Source: Pristiophorus japonicus
Taxonomy: Eukaryota
NCBI RefSeq assembly: GCF_044704955.1
Contig: NC_091980.1
Location: forward strand, 13,330,001 to 13,394,000
Reading direction: 5' to 3'
DNA: 64,000 nucleotides
The translations under genes were made by a program, and so were the position numbers. Shown here in pieces: positions 11,751 to 26,228 of this stretch. The notes under the pieces were generated by a model. The model was not told the DNA's origin. It searched no databases and saw nothing but the letters and a program-made list of their open reading frames with translations. Numbering within the stretch: the stretch's first letter is position 1; each line of letters starts with the position of its first letter.

Positions 11751-14219
11751 ATGAGATTTAAAATATATTTGTTGTTGAAATGCCAACTATTGTTCTGTGT
11801 GTTCTACTCGTGGAATCTGGTTTATGGGCAGATTCGTTATTCGATTCCTGAAGAACTGCAACTGGGCGCCTTTGTTGGGAATCTCGCCGCCGATTTGGGT
11901 TTAGATGTAAAGCAGCTCCCGGCTCGCAGTTTGCGGATTGTGCCCGGCTCCAGGAAACAGTATGTGGACGTAAATTTAGACAATGGGATTTTGTTTGTTA
12001 AGGAAAAAATAGACAGAGAAAATATTTGCGGGCCGAGCCACGCTTGTGTGTTAATCTTGGATGCTGTGCTTGAAAATCCCCTCAATCTGTACCAGGTTGA
12101 AGTGGAGATTCTTGATGTGAATGACAATGCTCCCAGTTTTCCAAAGGACGAGTTCCGCCTCGAAATCTTAGAGCTTGCGGCGCCGGGAACGCGCTTGCCC
12201 CTCGAGTCCGCGCACGATCCCGACATTGGAACCAACTCAGTACAAACCTACCAGCTCCTCTCAAACGATTATTTTACTCTCGATGTACAGATGCGCAGCG
12301 GGGAAAGACAGCTACCAACATTGGTGATGCAAAAGTCTTTGGATAGAGAAACGGAATCCACCCACAGGCTAACGCTAATAGCTAAGGACGGCGGGGTCCC
12401 TATAAGATCGAGCACGGCTCAGGTTACAATCATAGTAACGGATGTGAACGACAACTCTCCTGTGTTCACCCAGTCTGTTTATAGGGTCAGCCTGTTGGAA
12501 ACTGCACCCAAAGGAACCCTGATAATCTTATTAAACGCCACTGACTTGGACGATGGTCCCAATGGAGAGATAGTGTACTCGATCAACAGCCATAGTTCAA
12601 CTAAAGTCCTCGAACTATTTGACGTGGATTCCAAATCTGGTGAAATCAGAGTGAAAGGGAATTTGGACTATGAAGAAAACAGTGCATTTGAGATTAATAT
12701 ACAAGCAATGGACAAGGGATCTGGCGCAATACCCCAGCATTGTGACGTTGTGGTGAACATTATTGACGTGAATGATAACGCACCTCAAGTGATGTTGAGG
12801 TCTTCATCAAGTACGGTTTCCGAGGACGCTCCGCTTGGGACTGTAGTTGCTCTGTTCAGTGCAGCAGACAAAGATTCGGGAGACAACGGGCAGGTACAAT
12901 GTCAAATTTCAAATACACTGCCCTTCAAACTAGATTCATCTTTGAAGAGCTATTATAGACTGCTTATTCAGCATCGACTGGACCGCGAACATACCTCCAG
13001 GTACGACGTTACTATAACATGCCGGGATGCAGGAAACCCTCCTCTTACATCCAAGAAACCCATTCGGGTAGAGATTTCGGATATAAATGACAACGCACCA
13101 AGGTTTTCGCAGCATTTATACACAGCAAGCGTGATGGAGAACAATGTTATTGGGGCTTCTATATTCACCGTGACAGCCTTTGATCCAGACGTAGGTCAGA
13201 ATGCTCGCCTTAACTACTCTATTCTGGAGACTCAATTTCAGGGCGCCTCAGTAGCCACTTACGTGTTCATTAACTCAGAGAGTGGTGCCTTATTTGCTCT
13301 GAGATCTTTTGACTACGAGCAATTGAAAAACTTTCAGATCAAAGTTCAGGTCCAGGACTCTGGAGTCCCACCACTCGCCAGTAACGTTTCAGTGGATGTT
13401 GCTATCCTTGATCAGAATGACAATATTCCAGTGATCCTGCACCCATTACCCGAGTATGGGTCCACAGCAACAGAGACAATCTCCAGAATTGCAGAACCAG
13501 GCTACTTGGTTGCCAAGGTATCGGCCACTGATGCTGACGCCGGTCAGAATGCTCGTCTTTCGTATCAGATGTTTCAGGCTACCCATCATAACCTTTTTAC
13601 TATTTCACCAGACACTGGAGAAATTTGGACTATCCGTCGTATTTTGAATAAAGATGCTTCCAAGCAAAGATTGGTGATTGTGGTAAGAGACAATGGAACA
13701 CCATCCCTTTCTGCCACTGTGACTATCACCTTATCTGTGGTGGGGAGTGATACTGAAATGTTTTCTAACGTGAGTGATTTAACTGAACACCTTGGATTTT
13801 ATCCTGATATGAGCCTTTCCTTGGTTATCGCCTTAGGGGTCATTTCTATTATTTTTCTGATGATTTTAATTATCCTCGCTGTTAAGATTCATAAAAACAG
13901 AAATGGTTTGGGAGGCCAGCACTGTTCCCTCGGTGTTTGTTGCTGCTTTGAAACAAGAAATTCGCTGAATGGAATTCAAAAGGCCAGTAGAAGCCTTCAG
14001 ATACCACCGAACTATGTTGAGGTATTCGGGGGTGATCCACTTTCTCAGAGTTTCCGCTATGAGTCATGTTCAACATTGCAGTCAACAAAGAGAGACTTTG
14101 TGACCCCCAACACGTGCAGATTATCTATAGGCAAGAACTTTGTTCGGAATGAAGCCATCGGCAAAGAAAACCGATGCGTGATGAATTCTGAAAAATACAG
14201 CAACATTGTAATCAATGAG
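11751..14219 (+). CDS. Clustered protocadherin variable exon 2 (823 codons)
   Basis: First in-frame ATG at 11751 (the ORF track starts at a TTG). Same domain layout. Donor GAG|GTGAGG at 14219/14220. Unspliced stop at 14234. Confidence 0.95.
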
Positions 14220-16998
14220 GTGAGGAGCTTCTAAAATGTGACGGAGGACCCCAGAGGTTTGCTTTTGGTGTAGAAATACATCGCCGTAAAGCCAGCTAAA
14301 TGAAATGCATAAGATGAAAGTAATACCTAACAGTAAACCTTCTCAGTTTTCTGTACTATTTCTGTTTCTGGTCAACATGCCTGTAACATTTCTATATAGT
14401 GTTAGCTCGTAGGATATATTTGCGTTTTTTTTGATTATACTTAACTCCAATGCTTGGCAACCCGGGTTTGACAAGTATACTGGAACCCCATATAATACTG
14501 TTGGTTTTGTTAAACCAAGTAGATTTATGTAAATGTATAGGAAGAGTTGGCATTGTCCCACATGCTCTAAATGTTTAAATTTTAAATATCTTACGAGGGA
14601 CTCAGTGCAAACATGTAACCGTGCTAATACAGAACACTTTCCTTGACAGTAACATTGAAGTCTCAGCCAGGTTGGTTACTTCCTAGTTGCCATGGTGTCA
14701 GCGCGATAATTCCAACTAGTTAATATCAGGCAGTGTCTGTGTTTCAGATCATTCTAAATTGATTAGGTCATCTTCTATTATTCGGTTTTGCACAAATTGC
14801 AGAATAAACTGACTTTAGGTCAATTCAATAGTTAACAATTTCTGGTGAATCTTCTGGGTGTCAATAAGGAATCGGTGGGCATTTCAGATCTCTTCTAAGT
14901 AATATTTAGATATCAGTGAATGGCGCTCTGTCCAGATGCGAAAACAGCTCGTAAAATAATCTCACTGTGCCTGGAGAGGCTGCAGGTGAGACCACCGTCC
15001 AACTCCAGTCACCCCTCACACCCCATCGTGCTCTAAAGATATGGTAGGAGATTGGCGCCGGGAATATCAGTTCATTGACAACAACAAGAGAGATGATCAT
15101 TTTTTCCAATTAATTTCAGCGGAATTGAAGTCCATGCACGAGAGCAAAAAGGGCAGAGTGCTAATGCATTGTGCCTTCTCTCATGGATTTGAATTTTAAT
15201 CAGCTCACTTTTAAACTACCGTCCAACATTTTCACAGCAAAATCAAAGTGGGCAATTAGAGCAGAAGACTGTCGGTTTGGCTAAATCACCACAACATATT
15301 CATTGAAACCTATTAATACTTTTTGAAGTTCTATAAGTACAGCACCTCGGGACCTAAGGATAAGTATTGCAATTTCAATATTTAGAAAGAAGTAAAGCAC
15401 TATACTGTTAATACACAACATTTCACTGAACGACCAAACTGAGAAAACGCTTGAGAGACATTTGCAGGGTGCTCCAAATGACAGCCACGGAGCACAGGTA
15501 TCCTAAGTAGATTTTAGAAATGAAAGGCTGCACCTTACCAATGTAATGGAATCCTTTGAAAGGTAACAAAGCTAGATTAAATTAAATCAATAGATATAGT
15601 TTACTTAGATTTTCATTAGCAAGTAACAACAGTCCAAATGTGAAACTGGTAGAGAAGTTTAAGGCTCATGGAATAGATGACACATTATATGAATAGATTG
15701 AGATTTGGGATGTTGCCAGAAGACCGTGGTCAAGGTTACTATTTCGTGACATATTCGTCAAGGATTCTTTTTTGGATCTCGACCTTTAACAGTGTTTGTA
15801 AATCCTATGGACAGGGTATAGTCGAGTTATTACTTTTTACAGTGACACAAACGTGTGTGTATGTAGGAAATGAGGTGAAAGAAAAATATTATTTGCAGAA
15901 TGAAAGTGAGCAATGAAAAAAAAATCCTTTGAGGTAGGAAATAATCGTTTTAATGTGGATCCATGTAAGCTCACATATATATGATGAGGTATCAGCAAGC
16001 ATGTATCAGAAAAAAATCTCCAAATGCATCGGGACAAAAAGTTTTTTAAAAAGATATGGGAGTGTCCATAGATTATACCCTGAATGCATGTAGTCAATAT
16101 GAAATAGGTTGCAATAAAGTAAATTGAGAATTGAGAAGGAACTGAAAAGTACTGATTTTTCAAGTAACGACAAGTTATGCTGAAATTGTACAAATAATTA
16201 TACAGCCTATTCTGTAGCATGGCCTGCAGTTTTTGGTCAAACATATCATAAGTGCACTGGAAATAGTTTGAAGCGTGACCAGGGTGATTTTACGTTTTTG
16301 ACATTAATTTTGATTAACATCTTAGATAAATGTATTTCTTTGCATTTTGAAAAGAAGACAGAGTGGTTTATGCATGCAAGCCATTATAATGTTGAAAGCT
16401 ACAGATAAAATTGAAGATACCAAGCTCTTGAATTTGGAACTGAGCTTAAGAATAGGAGAGTTATGTATAACATTTTCAATGACCAAGCAACGTTAGAGAT
16501 TAGAAAACAACTTTTTCACAGGTTAGTAGCTCTGTGGCAAAGATAATAGATTTATTATAGTTTAAAAAGCACGTTAATTCATGAAATAGAATCGTAACAG
16601 CACAAGAGGAGGCCATTCGGCCGCTAGTGCCCGTGTCAGCTCTATGTAAGAGCGCTTCACCTCGTCCCAATCTTCGCCTTTTATCCATGGCACTGCACTT
16701 TTTCTTTCAGGCAATCATAGAATCGTAAAATATGTGGGATTTGAACTTATATTTTCGGAATTATTACCCCAGGCCCCTGGATTACTAGTCCCATGAAGTG
16801 ACCCACTTTAGCACAAGTATATACAACTTAGTGGCTGGGAAGGCCATTTCAGATGGCATTGCTGTGGGTCTGGAGTCACATGAAGGACAGACCGGGTAAG
16901 GGCTCTTCCCTAAAGGATATTAGTGACATTAAGATGGGTTTTCGGACAATCTGGTAGCTAAATGATCACCATTACAGATAGTAGCTTTTTATATCAGA

Positions 16999-17645
16999 TT
17001 TGGCCTATATTACAACAGGATTTGAATATAAGAGTAAAGATGTCTTGCTGCAAATAAATCGGGCCGTGGTGAGACTACACCTGGAGTATTGTGTGCAGTT
17101 TTGCTCTCCTTATCTAAGAACGGATAGAATTGCCATAGAGGGAGTGTAACGAAAGTTCACCAGACTGATTCCTGGGATGGGGGCATTGTCCTCTGAGGAG
17201 AGATCGAGTAGAATAAGCCTATAATCTCTCGAGTTTAGTTGAATGAGAGGCGATCACATTGACACATACAACATTCTTAGAGGGCTTGGCAGCGTAGATG
17301 CAAGCAGGACGTTTGCCCTGGCTGGGGCGTCTAGAACCAAGGGTCTTAGTCTCAGGATAAGGTATCAGCCATTTAGGACTGAGATAAGGAGACATTTCTT
17401 CACAGGGGGTGAGACACCTTTGCAGCTCTCTACCCCAGACGGGTGTGGATGCTCAATCGTTCAGTATGTTCAAGATAAAAAATCAATAGATTTTTGAATA
17501 TTAAGGCAATCAAGGCATATGGGGTTAGTGAAGGATATTGGAGTTGAGGTAGAAGATGAGCTGTGATCTTATTGAATGGGGGGGGGCAGACACGAGGAGC
17601 CGAATGGCATATTCCTGCTCCTGTTCCTAATTCGTATGTTCTTAT
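16999..17645 (+). mobile_element. CR1 3' fragment inserted in the SINE (marker B)
   Basis: LEYCVQF, MRGDHIDTY and PFRTEIRR motifs; TATGTTCTTAT tail; same junction as the copies at 24720 and 38830. Confidence 0.85.
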
Positions 17646-18079
17646 ATTTATATAACTAATTGCAGTTAAAATCGCTAACTGTTATGTTGGGATTTGAACT
17701 CATATCTCTGGATCATTCGTTCAGGCAGACAGAATTACTAGTCCAGTAACATACGACCGTACCCCAGTAGAGCTAGCTCGATTTCCATTTGGAAAGCAAA
17801 CGAGGATTATAGAAATCTTAGGCAAGACGACTGACTTTTATGAGAGGATGCGGGAATAGTTTTGTCTTCCTTAAGTAGGAATCAGCAGCTATTTGGAGTT
17901 GGAAAACGATGTTGGAATAATCATGGAGATTAAATGGAATTATTCTGATCGGCCCAATGTGTCATGCTGACTCCTTCCGTTTTTATGTTTTTAGTTATTT
18001 TATACAGATTCCTTCTAGCTGTTATTCCTCGTAATTCAGCTCGAGAGCTATCCTTTCGCAACAGACGGAAACATATAGG

Positions 18080-18305
18080 CTTGATTCAATTTATAATTGT
18101 GCACCAATAAATATAACTATTCTGCGCTGATTTCAGACCGTCCAGCTTTAAGCAATGAACGGTATTCTGATTCGTTGAATTTCAATGAGCCTATTTGCAC
18201 CAATGAGAAACTGAGATGAGATTGGTGATCGGGCCTGCCCCCTTCACTACCCAGCCATCATCACGTAAGTTCAGACGCAGTGTAACATTGGATAGCGAGC
18301 AGCTG
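18080..18305 (+). promoter_or_regulatory. Putative promoter of exon 3 (degenerate CSE-like 18187-18204)
   Basis: Paralogous block: AGCTTTAAG 18144, first ATTGG changed to ATTCG, CCAAT 18200. Confidence 0.7.
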
Positions 18306-18506
18306 CGCAGGTTCTGTCCAAGAACCCAGTGAGAATTTTAGACAAAATGAGAAGATTTAAATGAAATAATTCGAGCGATTCGCAAACATGCAGGGTTTTT
18401 TTTTGCATCCTAATTAAACGATTTTTAAAAAATCTCCAAATAACCGCTCCAGGGTCATGAATGTTGCGGTTTCGTACTGAGCAAATTAGAATGTTTTACG
18501 CTGGAA

Positions 18507-20975
18507 ATGAGATTTAAAATATATTGGTTGCTGAAATGCCAACTATTGTTCAGTGTATTCTCCACGTGGAATTTGGTTTCTGGGCAGATTCGTTATTCGA
18601 TTCCTGAAGAACTGCAACTGGGCGCCTTTGTTGGGAATCTCGCCGCCGATTTGGGTTTAGATGTGGAGCAGCTCCCGGCTCGCAGTTTGCGGATTGTGCC
18701 CGGCTCCAGGAAACAGTATGTGGACGTAAATTTAGACAATGGAATTTTGTTTGTTAGGGAAAAAATAGACAGAGAAAATATTTGCGGGCCGTCACTCACT
18801 TGTGTGTTAATCTTGGATGCGTTGCTTGAAAATCCCTTCAATCTCTACCAGGTTGAAGTGGAGATTCTCGATGTAAATGACAATGCTCCCAGTTTTCCAA
18901 GAGACGAGTTCCGCCTCGAAATATTAGAGCTTGCTGCGCCGGGAGCGCGCTTCCAACTCGAGTCCGCGCATGATCCAGACATTGGAACCAACTCAGTACA
19001 AACCTACCAGCTCCTGCCGAACGATTATTTTATTCTTGATGTACAAATGCGCAGTGGGGAGAGAACATTTCCAGTATTGGTGTTGCAAAAGTCCTTGGAC
19101 AGAGAAACGGAATCCACCCACAGTGTGACGCTAATAGCCGAGGACGGCGGGATCCCTGTAAGATCCGGCACTGCTCAGGTTACAATTAAAGTAAAGGATT
19201 TTAACGACAACTCGCCTGTTTTTCCCCAGTCGGTTTATAGAGTCAGCCTGTTGGAAACCGCACCAACAGGAACCCTGATAATCACATTAAACGCCACTGA
19301 TTTGGACGATGGCTCCAATGGAGAGATAATGTACTCGCTCAGTAGCCTTACTTCTGCGAGAGCCCGTGAAATATTTTACGTAGATTCCAAAACTGGAGAA
19401 ATCAGAATGAAAGAGAATTTGGACTATGAAGAAAGCAGATTCTATGAGATTAATATAGAAGCAATGGACAAAGGGTCTTACGCAATGTCGGGTCACTGTG
19501 ATGTGCTGGTGTATATTATTGACGTGAATGATAACGCACCTGATGTGACGTTGAGGTCTTTGTCAAGTACATTGTCAGAAGATGCTGCAATTGGGACTGT
19601 AGTGGCTCTGCTCAGTGCGGCAGACAAAGACTCGGGACAAAACGGGCAGGTACAATGTCAAATCTCAACTAAACTTCCCTTCGATCTAGTTTCATCTTTG
19701 AAGAACTATTATACGTTAATTATTCAGAAAAAGTTGGATCGCGAAAATATCTCCAAGTATGATGTGACTATAACATGCACTGATGCAGGAAACCCTTCTC
19801 TCGCATCCAAGAAAACCATTCAGGTAGAGGTTTCAGATATAAATGATAACGCGCCAAGGTTTACGCAGCCTCTATACGCGGCAAACTTAATGGAGAACAA
19901 CGTTATTGGGGCCTCTATATTCTCCGTGACAGCTTTCGATCCAGATGTAGGACAGAACGCTCGACTGAACTATTCTCTCCTGGAGACTCAAGTTCAGGGC
20001 GAGTCAGTAATTGGTTATATCGCTATAAACTCAAATAGTGGTGCCTTATTTGCTCTGAGATCTTTTGACTACGAGCAATTGAAAATCTTTCAGATCCAAG
20101 TTCAGGTCCAGGACGCTGGAGTGCCACCACTCGCCAGTAACGTTTCAGTGGATGTTGTTATCCTTGATCAGAATGACAATGTTCCAGTGATTTTGCGCCC
20201 ATTACCCGAGTATGGGTCGACAGCAACAGAGACAATCTCCAGAATTGCAGAACCAGGCTACTTGGTTGCCAAGGTATCGGCCACTGATGCTGATGCCGGT
20301 CAGAATGCTCGTCTTTCTTATCAGATTTTTCAGGCTACCCATCATAACCTTTTTATTATTTCACCAGACACTGGAGAAATTTGGACTATCCGTCGTATTA
20401 TGAATAAAGATGCCTCTAAGCAAAGATTGGTGATTGTGGTGAGAGATAATGGAACACCATCCCTTTCTGCCATTGTCACAATTATCTTATCTGTGGTGGG
20501 AAGTGATACTGAAAAGTTTTCTAACGTGGGTGGTTTAACTGAACACCCTGGATTTAATCCTGATATGAGCCTTTCCTTGGTCATGGCATTAGGAGTAATT
20601 TCTATCATTTTTCTAGTGGTTTTGATTATCCTCGCTGTTAAAGTTCATAAAAGCAGAAATGGATTGGGAGGCCAGCAGTGTTCCCTGGGTGTTTGTTGCT
20701 GCTTTGAAACAGGAAATTCTCTGAATGGACGTCAGAAGGCCGATAGAAATCTTCAGATACCACCGAACTATGTTGAGGTATTCGGGGGTGATCCACTTTC
20801 TCAGAGTTTCCGCTACGAGTCATGTTCAACATTGCAGTCAACAAAGAGAGAATTCTTTAACCCCAACGCATGCCGGTCATCGACAGGCAAGAACAATGTC
20901 AGGAATGAATCTATCGGGAAAGAAAACCGAGGCCTGTTGGATTCTGTAAATTACAGCAATACTGTAAACAATGAG
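18507..20975 (+). CDS. Clustered protocadherin variable exon 3 (823 codons)
   Basis: Same layout. Donor GAG|GTGAGG at 20975/20976. Unspliced stop at 21029. Confidence 0.95.
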
Positions 20976-22714
20976 GTGAGGCGCTTGACAAGTGGGAAGG
21001 AAATACTCACAGGTTTGAGTCGGGTGTAGATATACATTTACGAAAAAAACAGCTCATTGAAATTATTAGGATGAAAGTAATATCTTAAAGGCATCCTTAT
21101 CCGCTCTTTGCACTAGTTCTGTTTCTAGTCCACATGTCTGTTACATTGCTATATAGTGTTGGCTCCTACGATATGATTACGTTTTTTTGATTATACGTAA
21201 CTCCAATGCATTGTCAACCCGGCTTGAACGCCACATGATACTTTTGGTGTTGTGTAAACCAAGTGCGTGCATTTAAATGTATACGAAGTGTTGACATTGT
21301 CCCACTTTCTCTAAACGTTTACATTTTAACTATCTTGCGAGGAACTATGTGCAAACATGTAACCATGCAAGTACAGAACAATTTCCTTGAGAGTAATATA
21401 TGAGATCCAGCCATGTACCAATTCGTTACTTCAAGATGCCATGGTATTAGTGCGATCATTCCAACTGATTAACATCAGGCAGGTTCTGAGTTTCTGATCA
21501 TCCGAAATTGATCAGGCCGTCTTGTACATTTGGGCTTCGCACAAATTGCAGAAAGAACTGAAATTAGGTCAATTCAATATTTAACAATTCATTTTGAATC
21601 TTCTGGGTGTCAACAAGGAATGTTAGATCTCTTCTAAGTAATATTTAGATACCAGTGAATGGCGCTGTGTCCAGATGTGTAAACACCTGATAAAATAATT
21701 CCACTTTTTTGGAGACACTTCAGGAGAATCCACCGTCCAACTCCAGTCGCTCCCGCACACCCCATCGTGCATTAAAGATAAAGTAGTTGTTTAGTACCAG
21801 GCCATTGACAACAACAGGAGAGAATATAATGCCAACCATTTGGACTGGGCGCAATTGAAGCCCATGCTCGAGAGCAAAAAAGGCCGTGTACGAATGCAAT
21901 GTGCCAATCTTCTCTCATGGATTTGAATTTTAATCAGCGCACTTTGAAACTACTGTCCAACGTTTGCACAGCTAAAATCAAAGTGCGCAATTAGAGCAGG
22001 AGATTGTAGGTTTGGATGAATCACCACGACGTGGTCACAACAAAATATTCATTAAGGCCTATTAATGCTTTTTCAATTTCTATAAATACAGCACATAGGG
22101 ACCTGAGGATAAGTAATGCAATTTCAAAATTTAAAGAAAAAATAAAGTACTAAGCCAGTATTAACACAACAGTTCACCGAACATCCAAAGAGAGAAAATG
22201 CTTGGGAACCATTTGCAGGATGCGCCAAATGACAGACTGGGAGCACAGGTTTCCTACATAGGTTTTATAAATGAAAGACTGCACCATACCAATGTAATGG
22301 ATTATTTGAGAGGTAACAAAGCTAGGCTAATTCAATAGATGTAGTTTAGTTAGATCTTCAATGCACGAGTGACAACATATCTAAAAGTGATAGAGAATTC
22401 AAAGGCTCGTGGAATAAGTAGCACATTTTATGGATGGCATAATTATTGGCTTAGTGCCAGAAGGCAGAGGTCGGTGCTTACTGTTTCCTGGCATATTTTT
22501 CAAGGATCCTTTCTTGGATCTCTAAATTTGACAATGTTTGTAAATGATATTGGCATTGTGTAGTAGTATTATTACTTTCCCCAGTGACACAAAGATATAT
22601 GGCTACAGGAAGTGAGGCGAAAGAAACATGATTATTTACATATTGATATTGAGTAATGAATAAAATTGCTTTGATATTCGTTTTAATGTGGATAGATGTA
22701 AGCTCATCTATATT

Positions 22715-23687
22715 ACTTGGAAGAAGGGACTGACTGTAACGTTGCTAAGTTAGCTGACGATACAAAGATGGGAGGAAAAGCAATGTGTGAGGGGGACACA
22801 AAAATCTGCAAAAGGACATAGACAGGCTAAGTGAGTGAGCAAAAAGTTGGCTGATGGAGTATAATGTTGGAAAGTGTGAGGTCATGCGCTTTGACAGAAA
22901 AAATCAAGGAGCAAGTTATATTTAAACGGATAAAGATTGCAAAGTGCTGCAATGCAGCTGGACCTGTGGGTACTTGTGCATGAAACACAAAAAGGATAGT
23001 ATGCAGGTACAGCAAGTGATCGGGAAGGCCAATGGTATCTTGGTCGTTATTGCAAAGGGGATGGAGTATAAAAGTAGGGAAGTCTTGCTACAGCAATACA
23101 AGGTATTGGTGAGGCCACAAATGGAATACTGCGTGCAGTTTTGGTTTCCATATGAACGAAAGGATGTACTTGCTTTGGAGGCATTTCAACCAAGGTTCAC
23201 TAGGTTGATTCTGGGGACGAGGGGGTTGACTTATGAGGAAAGGTTGAGTAGGTTGGACCTCTACTCATGGGAATTCAGAAGAATGAGAGGTGATCTTATC
23301 GACACCTATAAGATTATGAGGGGACTTAACAATGTGGATGCAGAGAGGATGTTTCCCTGATAGGGGAGACTAGAACTAGAGGGCATGATCTTGCAATAAG
23401 GGGTCACCCATTTTAAACAGAGATGAGGAGAAATTTCTTCTCTCAGAGGGTTGTAAATATGTGGAATTCGCTGCCTCAGAGAGCTGTGGAAGCTGGGACA
23501 TTGATTAAATTTAAGACAGAAATAGGCAGTTTCTTAAACAATAAGGGGATAAGGGATTATGGGGAGTGGGTGGGGAAGTGGAGCTGAGCGCATGATCAGA
23601 TCAGCCATGATCTTATTGAATGCGGAGCAGGCTCGAGGGGTCGTATGGCTTACTCCTATTCCTATTTCTTATGTTCTTATGTTCTTA
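22715..23687 (+). mobile_element. Young CR1 3' fragment
   Basis: ADDTK, KANGIL, EYCVQFW and RRMRGDLI motifs; tail (TATGTTCT)n. Confidence 0.9.
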
Positions 23688-24719
23688 CAGATATTTATAT
23701 ATGTATGTATATATAATCAGGTATCAGCAAGCATCTGTAATACAAGAACAAATATCCACTGGCATATACTGAAAAATTAAAAAAAAACATATAGGAGTGA
23801 TCGTAGAGCATCCGTTGAATGCATCTAATGAAGATGAAAGACATTGTAATACGGCAAATTGAGAATGGAGAAGTAACTGAAAAGAACTGGTTTTTCACGT
23901 CAAGACAATTAACTCTGAAATTGTACAAATAATTTTAAGCCAATTCTGGAGCATGGCGTGCAGTGTTCACTCCTGTATTAGAAAGAATTTGAAGGGTGAC
24001 CAAGATGATTTCAGGCATTTCGCTTTATGTTTTGTGGTTATGAATTGTGGTTATCTAACTGCTTAGATAATCACAATTCGTTGCCATTTAGAAAAGAAGA
24101 CAAAGGGGATTACACATGCAAGCCTTTAAAATATTGAAAGTTACAGATAAAATTGAACATAACAAACTACTTAACTTTGACCTGAGTGCAAGAATAGGAG
24201 AGTTAAGCAAAAGATTCTCAATGACCAAGCAATGGTTAGTGGTTTAGTGGCGCAGAGAATAGAGTTCATTAACACGTCAATGAGACTTAGATTCATAAAA
24301 TAGAATCGTTCCAGCAGAGTAGGAGGCCATACGGCTCATCAAGCTGGTGTCAGCACTCTGCAGGAACACTTCAGCGAGTCGCAATCTTTGCCCTTTCCCT
24401 TAGTCCTGCATTTTTATTTCTTGCAGCTAATCATAGAAATCGTAAAATATGTGGTATTTGAACATATGTTTTCTGAAATATTAGACCAGGACCCTGGATT
24501 ACAAGTCCAGTAACATAACCGAGACACTACAGCACTGGTATATACAACTGAATGGCTTGGTAGGACATTTAGATGGCATTGTTGTGGGTCTGGATTCACA
24601 TATAGCCCATACCGAATAAAGGGCCTTCCCTAAAGGATATCAGTGAAATTAAGATGGGTTGCTCCAAAAATCTGGTAGTTTCATGGTCACCATTACTGAT
24701 AGTAATTTTCTATTTCAGA

Positions 24720-25354
24720 TTTGACCTTTATTACAAGAGGATTTGAGTATAAGAGTAAAGTCTTATTGCAATTATATAGGGCCCTGTTGAGACCAAACCT
24801 GCAGTATTGTGTACTGGTTTCTTCTTCTTACCTAAGAAAGGGTATACTAGCCACAGAGAGCGTTTAATGAAGGTTCACCAGTCTGATTCCAGGAACGGGC
24901 TCTGTCCAATGACGAGACATTGAGTAGACTAAGACTATCCTCGCTAGAGTTTAGAAGAATGAGAGCTGATCTCATTGAAACACACAATATGCTTTGAGGG
25001 CGTGTCAATATAGATGCAGGGAGGATGATTCCCCTGGCTGGGAAGTCTAGGACAAGTGGTCACGTCTCAGATTAAGGGGACAGTTATTTAGGATTGAGAT
25101 GAGGAGACATTTCTTCACTCAGATGCTGGTGAATCTTTGGAATTCTCTACCCCAGAAGGCTGTAGATACTCAATCGTTGAGTATATTCAAGATGGAGATC
25201 GATAGATTATTTGATATTAAGGGAATCAAGACATATGGGGATAGTGCAGGAAAGTGGAGTTGAGATAGATGATCAAGTATGATCTTATTGAATGGTGGAG
25301 CAGGCACGAGGGGCCGAATGGCCGACTATTGCTCCTGATTCTTATATTCTTATG
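24720..25354 (+). mobile_element. CR1 3' fragment inserted in the SINE (marker B, paralogous copy)
   Basis: Same 5' junction CAGATTTG.CCTTTATTACA and same tail as 16999-17645. Confidence 0.85.
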
Positions 25355-25799
25355 TTTAGTTAAGTAACTGAAATTAAAATCCACAACCGCAATGTTGGAA
25401 TTTGAACTCATATCTCTCGTTCATTAGTCCAGGCGTACGGAATTCCAATCCAATAATGCATCACTATACTAATGTACCCCAGTCGGTCCAGCTGGATTTC
25501 CATTCTGAAGAGAGGCGGGGGATTGTGGAAATCTTAAGAGAGCCGACTGATCTTTATTGGAGAATGTGTTAATAACGTTGTCTTCCTTGAGTAGGAATTA
25601 ATTGTGGTTGGAAAACGATGATGGAATAATCGTACACGTATTATGAATGGAATTGTTCAGATAGGCCCCATGTGTTGTGCTGGCTCCTTGCAATTCTTAC
25701 GTTCTCATTTCTTTTATGCAGATTCCTCCGAGCTGATTTTTAAGATAGTCCGTGTAATTCACTTTTCGCAACAGACAGAAACATAGAGATTGAAAGATA

Positions 25800-26030
25800 A
25801 GCATGATTCCATTTTTAATTGTGCAACAATAAATATAACTATTCTTCTCTGATTTCAGACCGTCCAGCTTTAAGAAATGAACGGTATTGTGATTGGTTAA
25901 TTTTCAATGTGCCGCTCTTCACCAATCACAAGCTGGGTGTTATTGGTGATCCGGCCTTCCCACTTCACTACCCAGCCCCCATCACGTAAGATCAGACGCA
26001 GTGTAACATTGGATAGTGAGCAGCTCCGGA
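25800..26030 (+). promoter_or_regulatory. Putative promoter of exon 4 (CSE-like with intact CGCT: GTGCCGCTCTTCACCAAT 25909-25926)
   Basis: Paralogous block: AGCTTTAAG 25866, ATTGG 25892, CGCT 25913-25916, CCAAT 25922. Confidence 0.78.
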
Positions 26031-26228
26031 GGCTTTGTACAAGAATCCAGTGGCAATTTTAGACAAAATTAGAAGATTTAAGTGAAATAATTCGAGCGAT
26101 TCGCAAAAAGTGTAGGTATTTTGTACATCGTAGCTAGCCGATTTTAAAATATATATCCAAATTACTGCTGCAAGGATAATGAATGGTGCGGTCTCGTACT
26201 GAGCAATTTGGGATGTTTTACAAAGGAA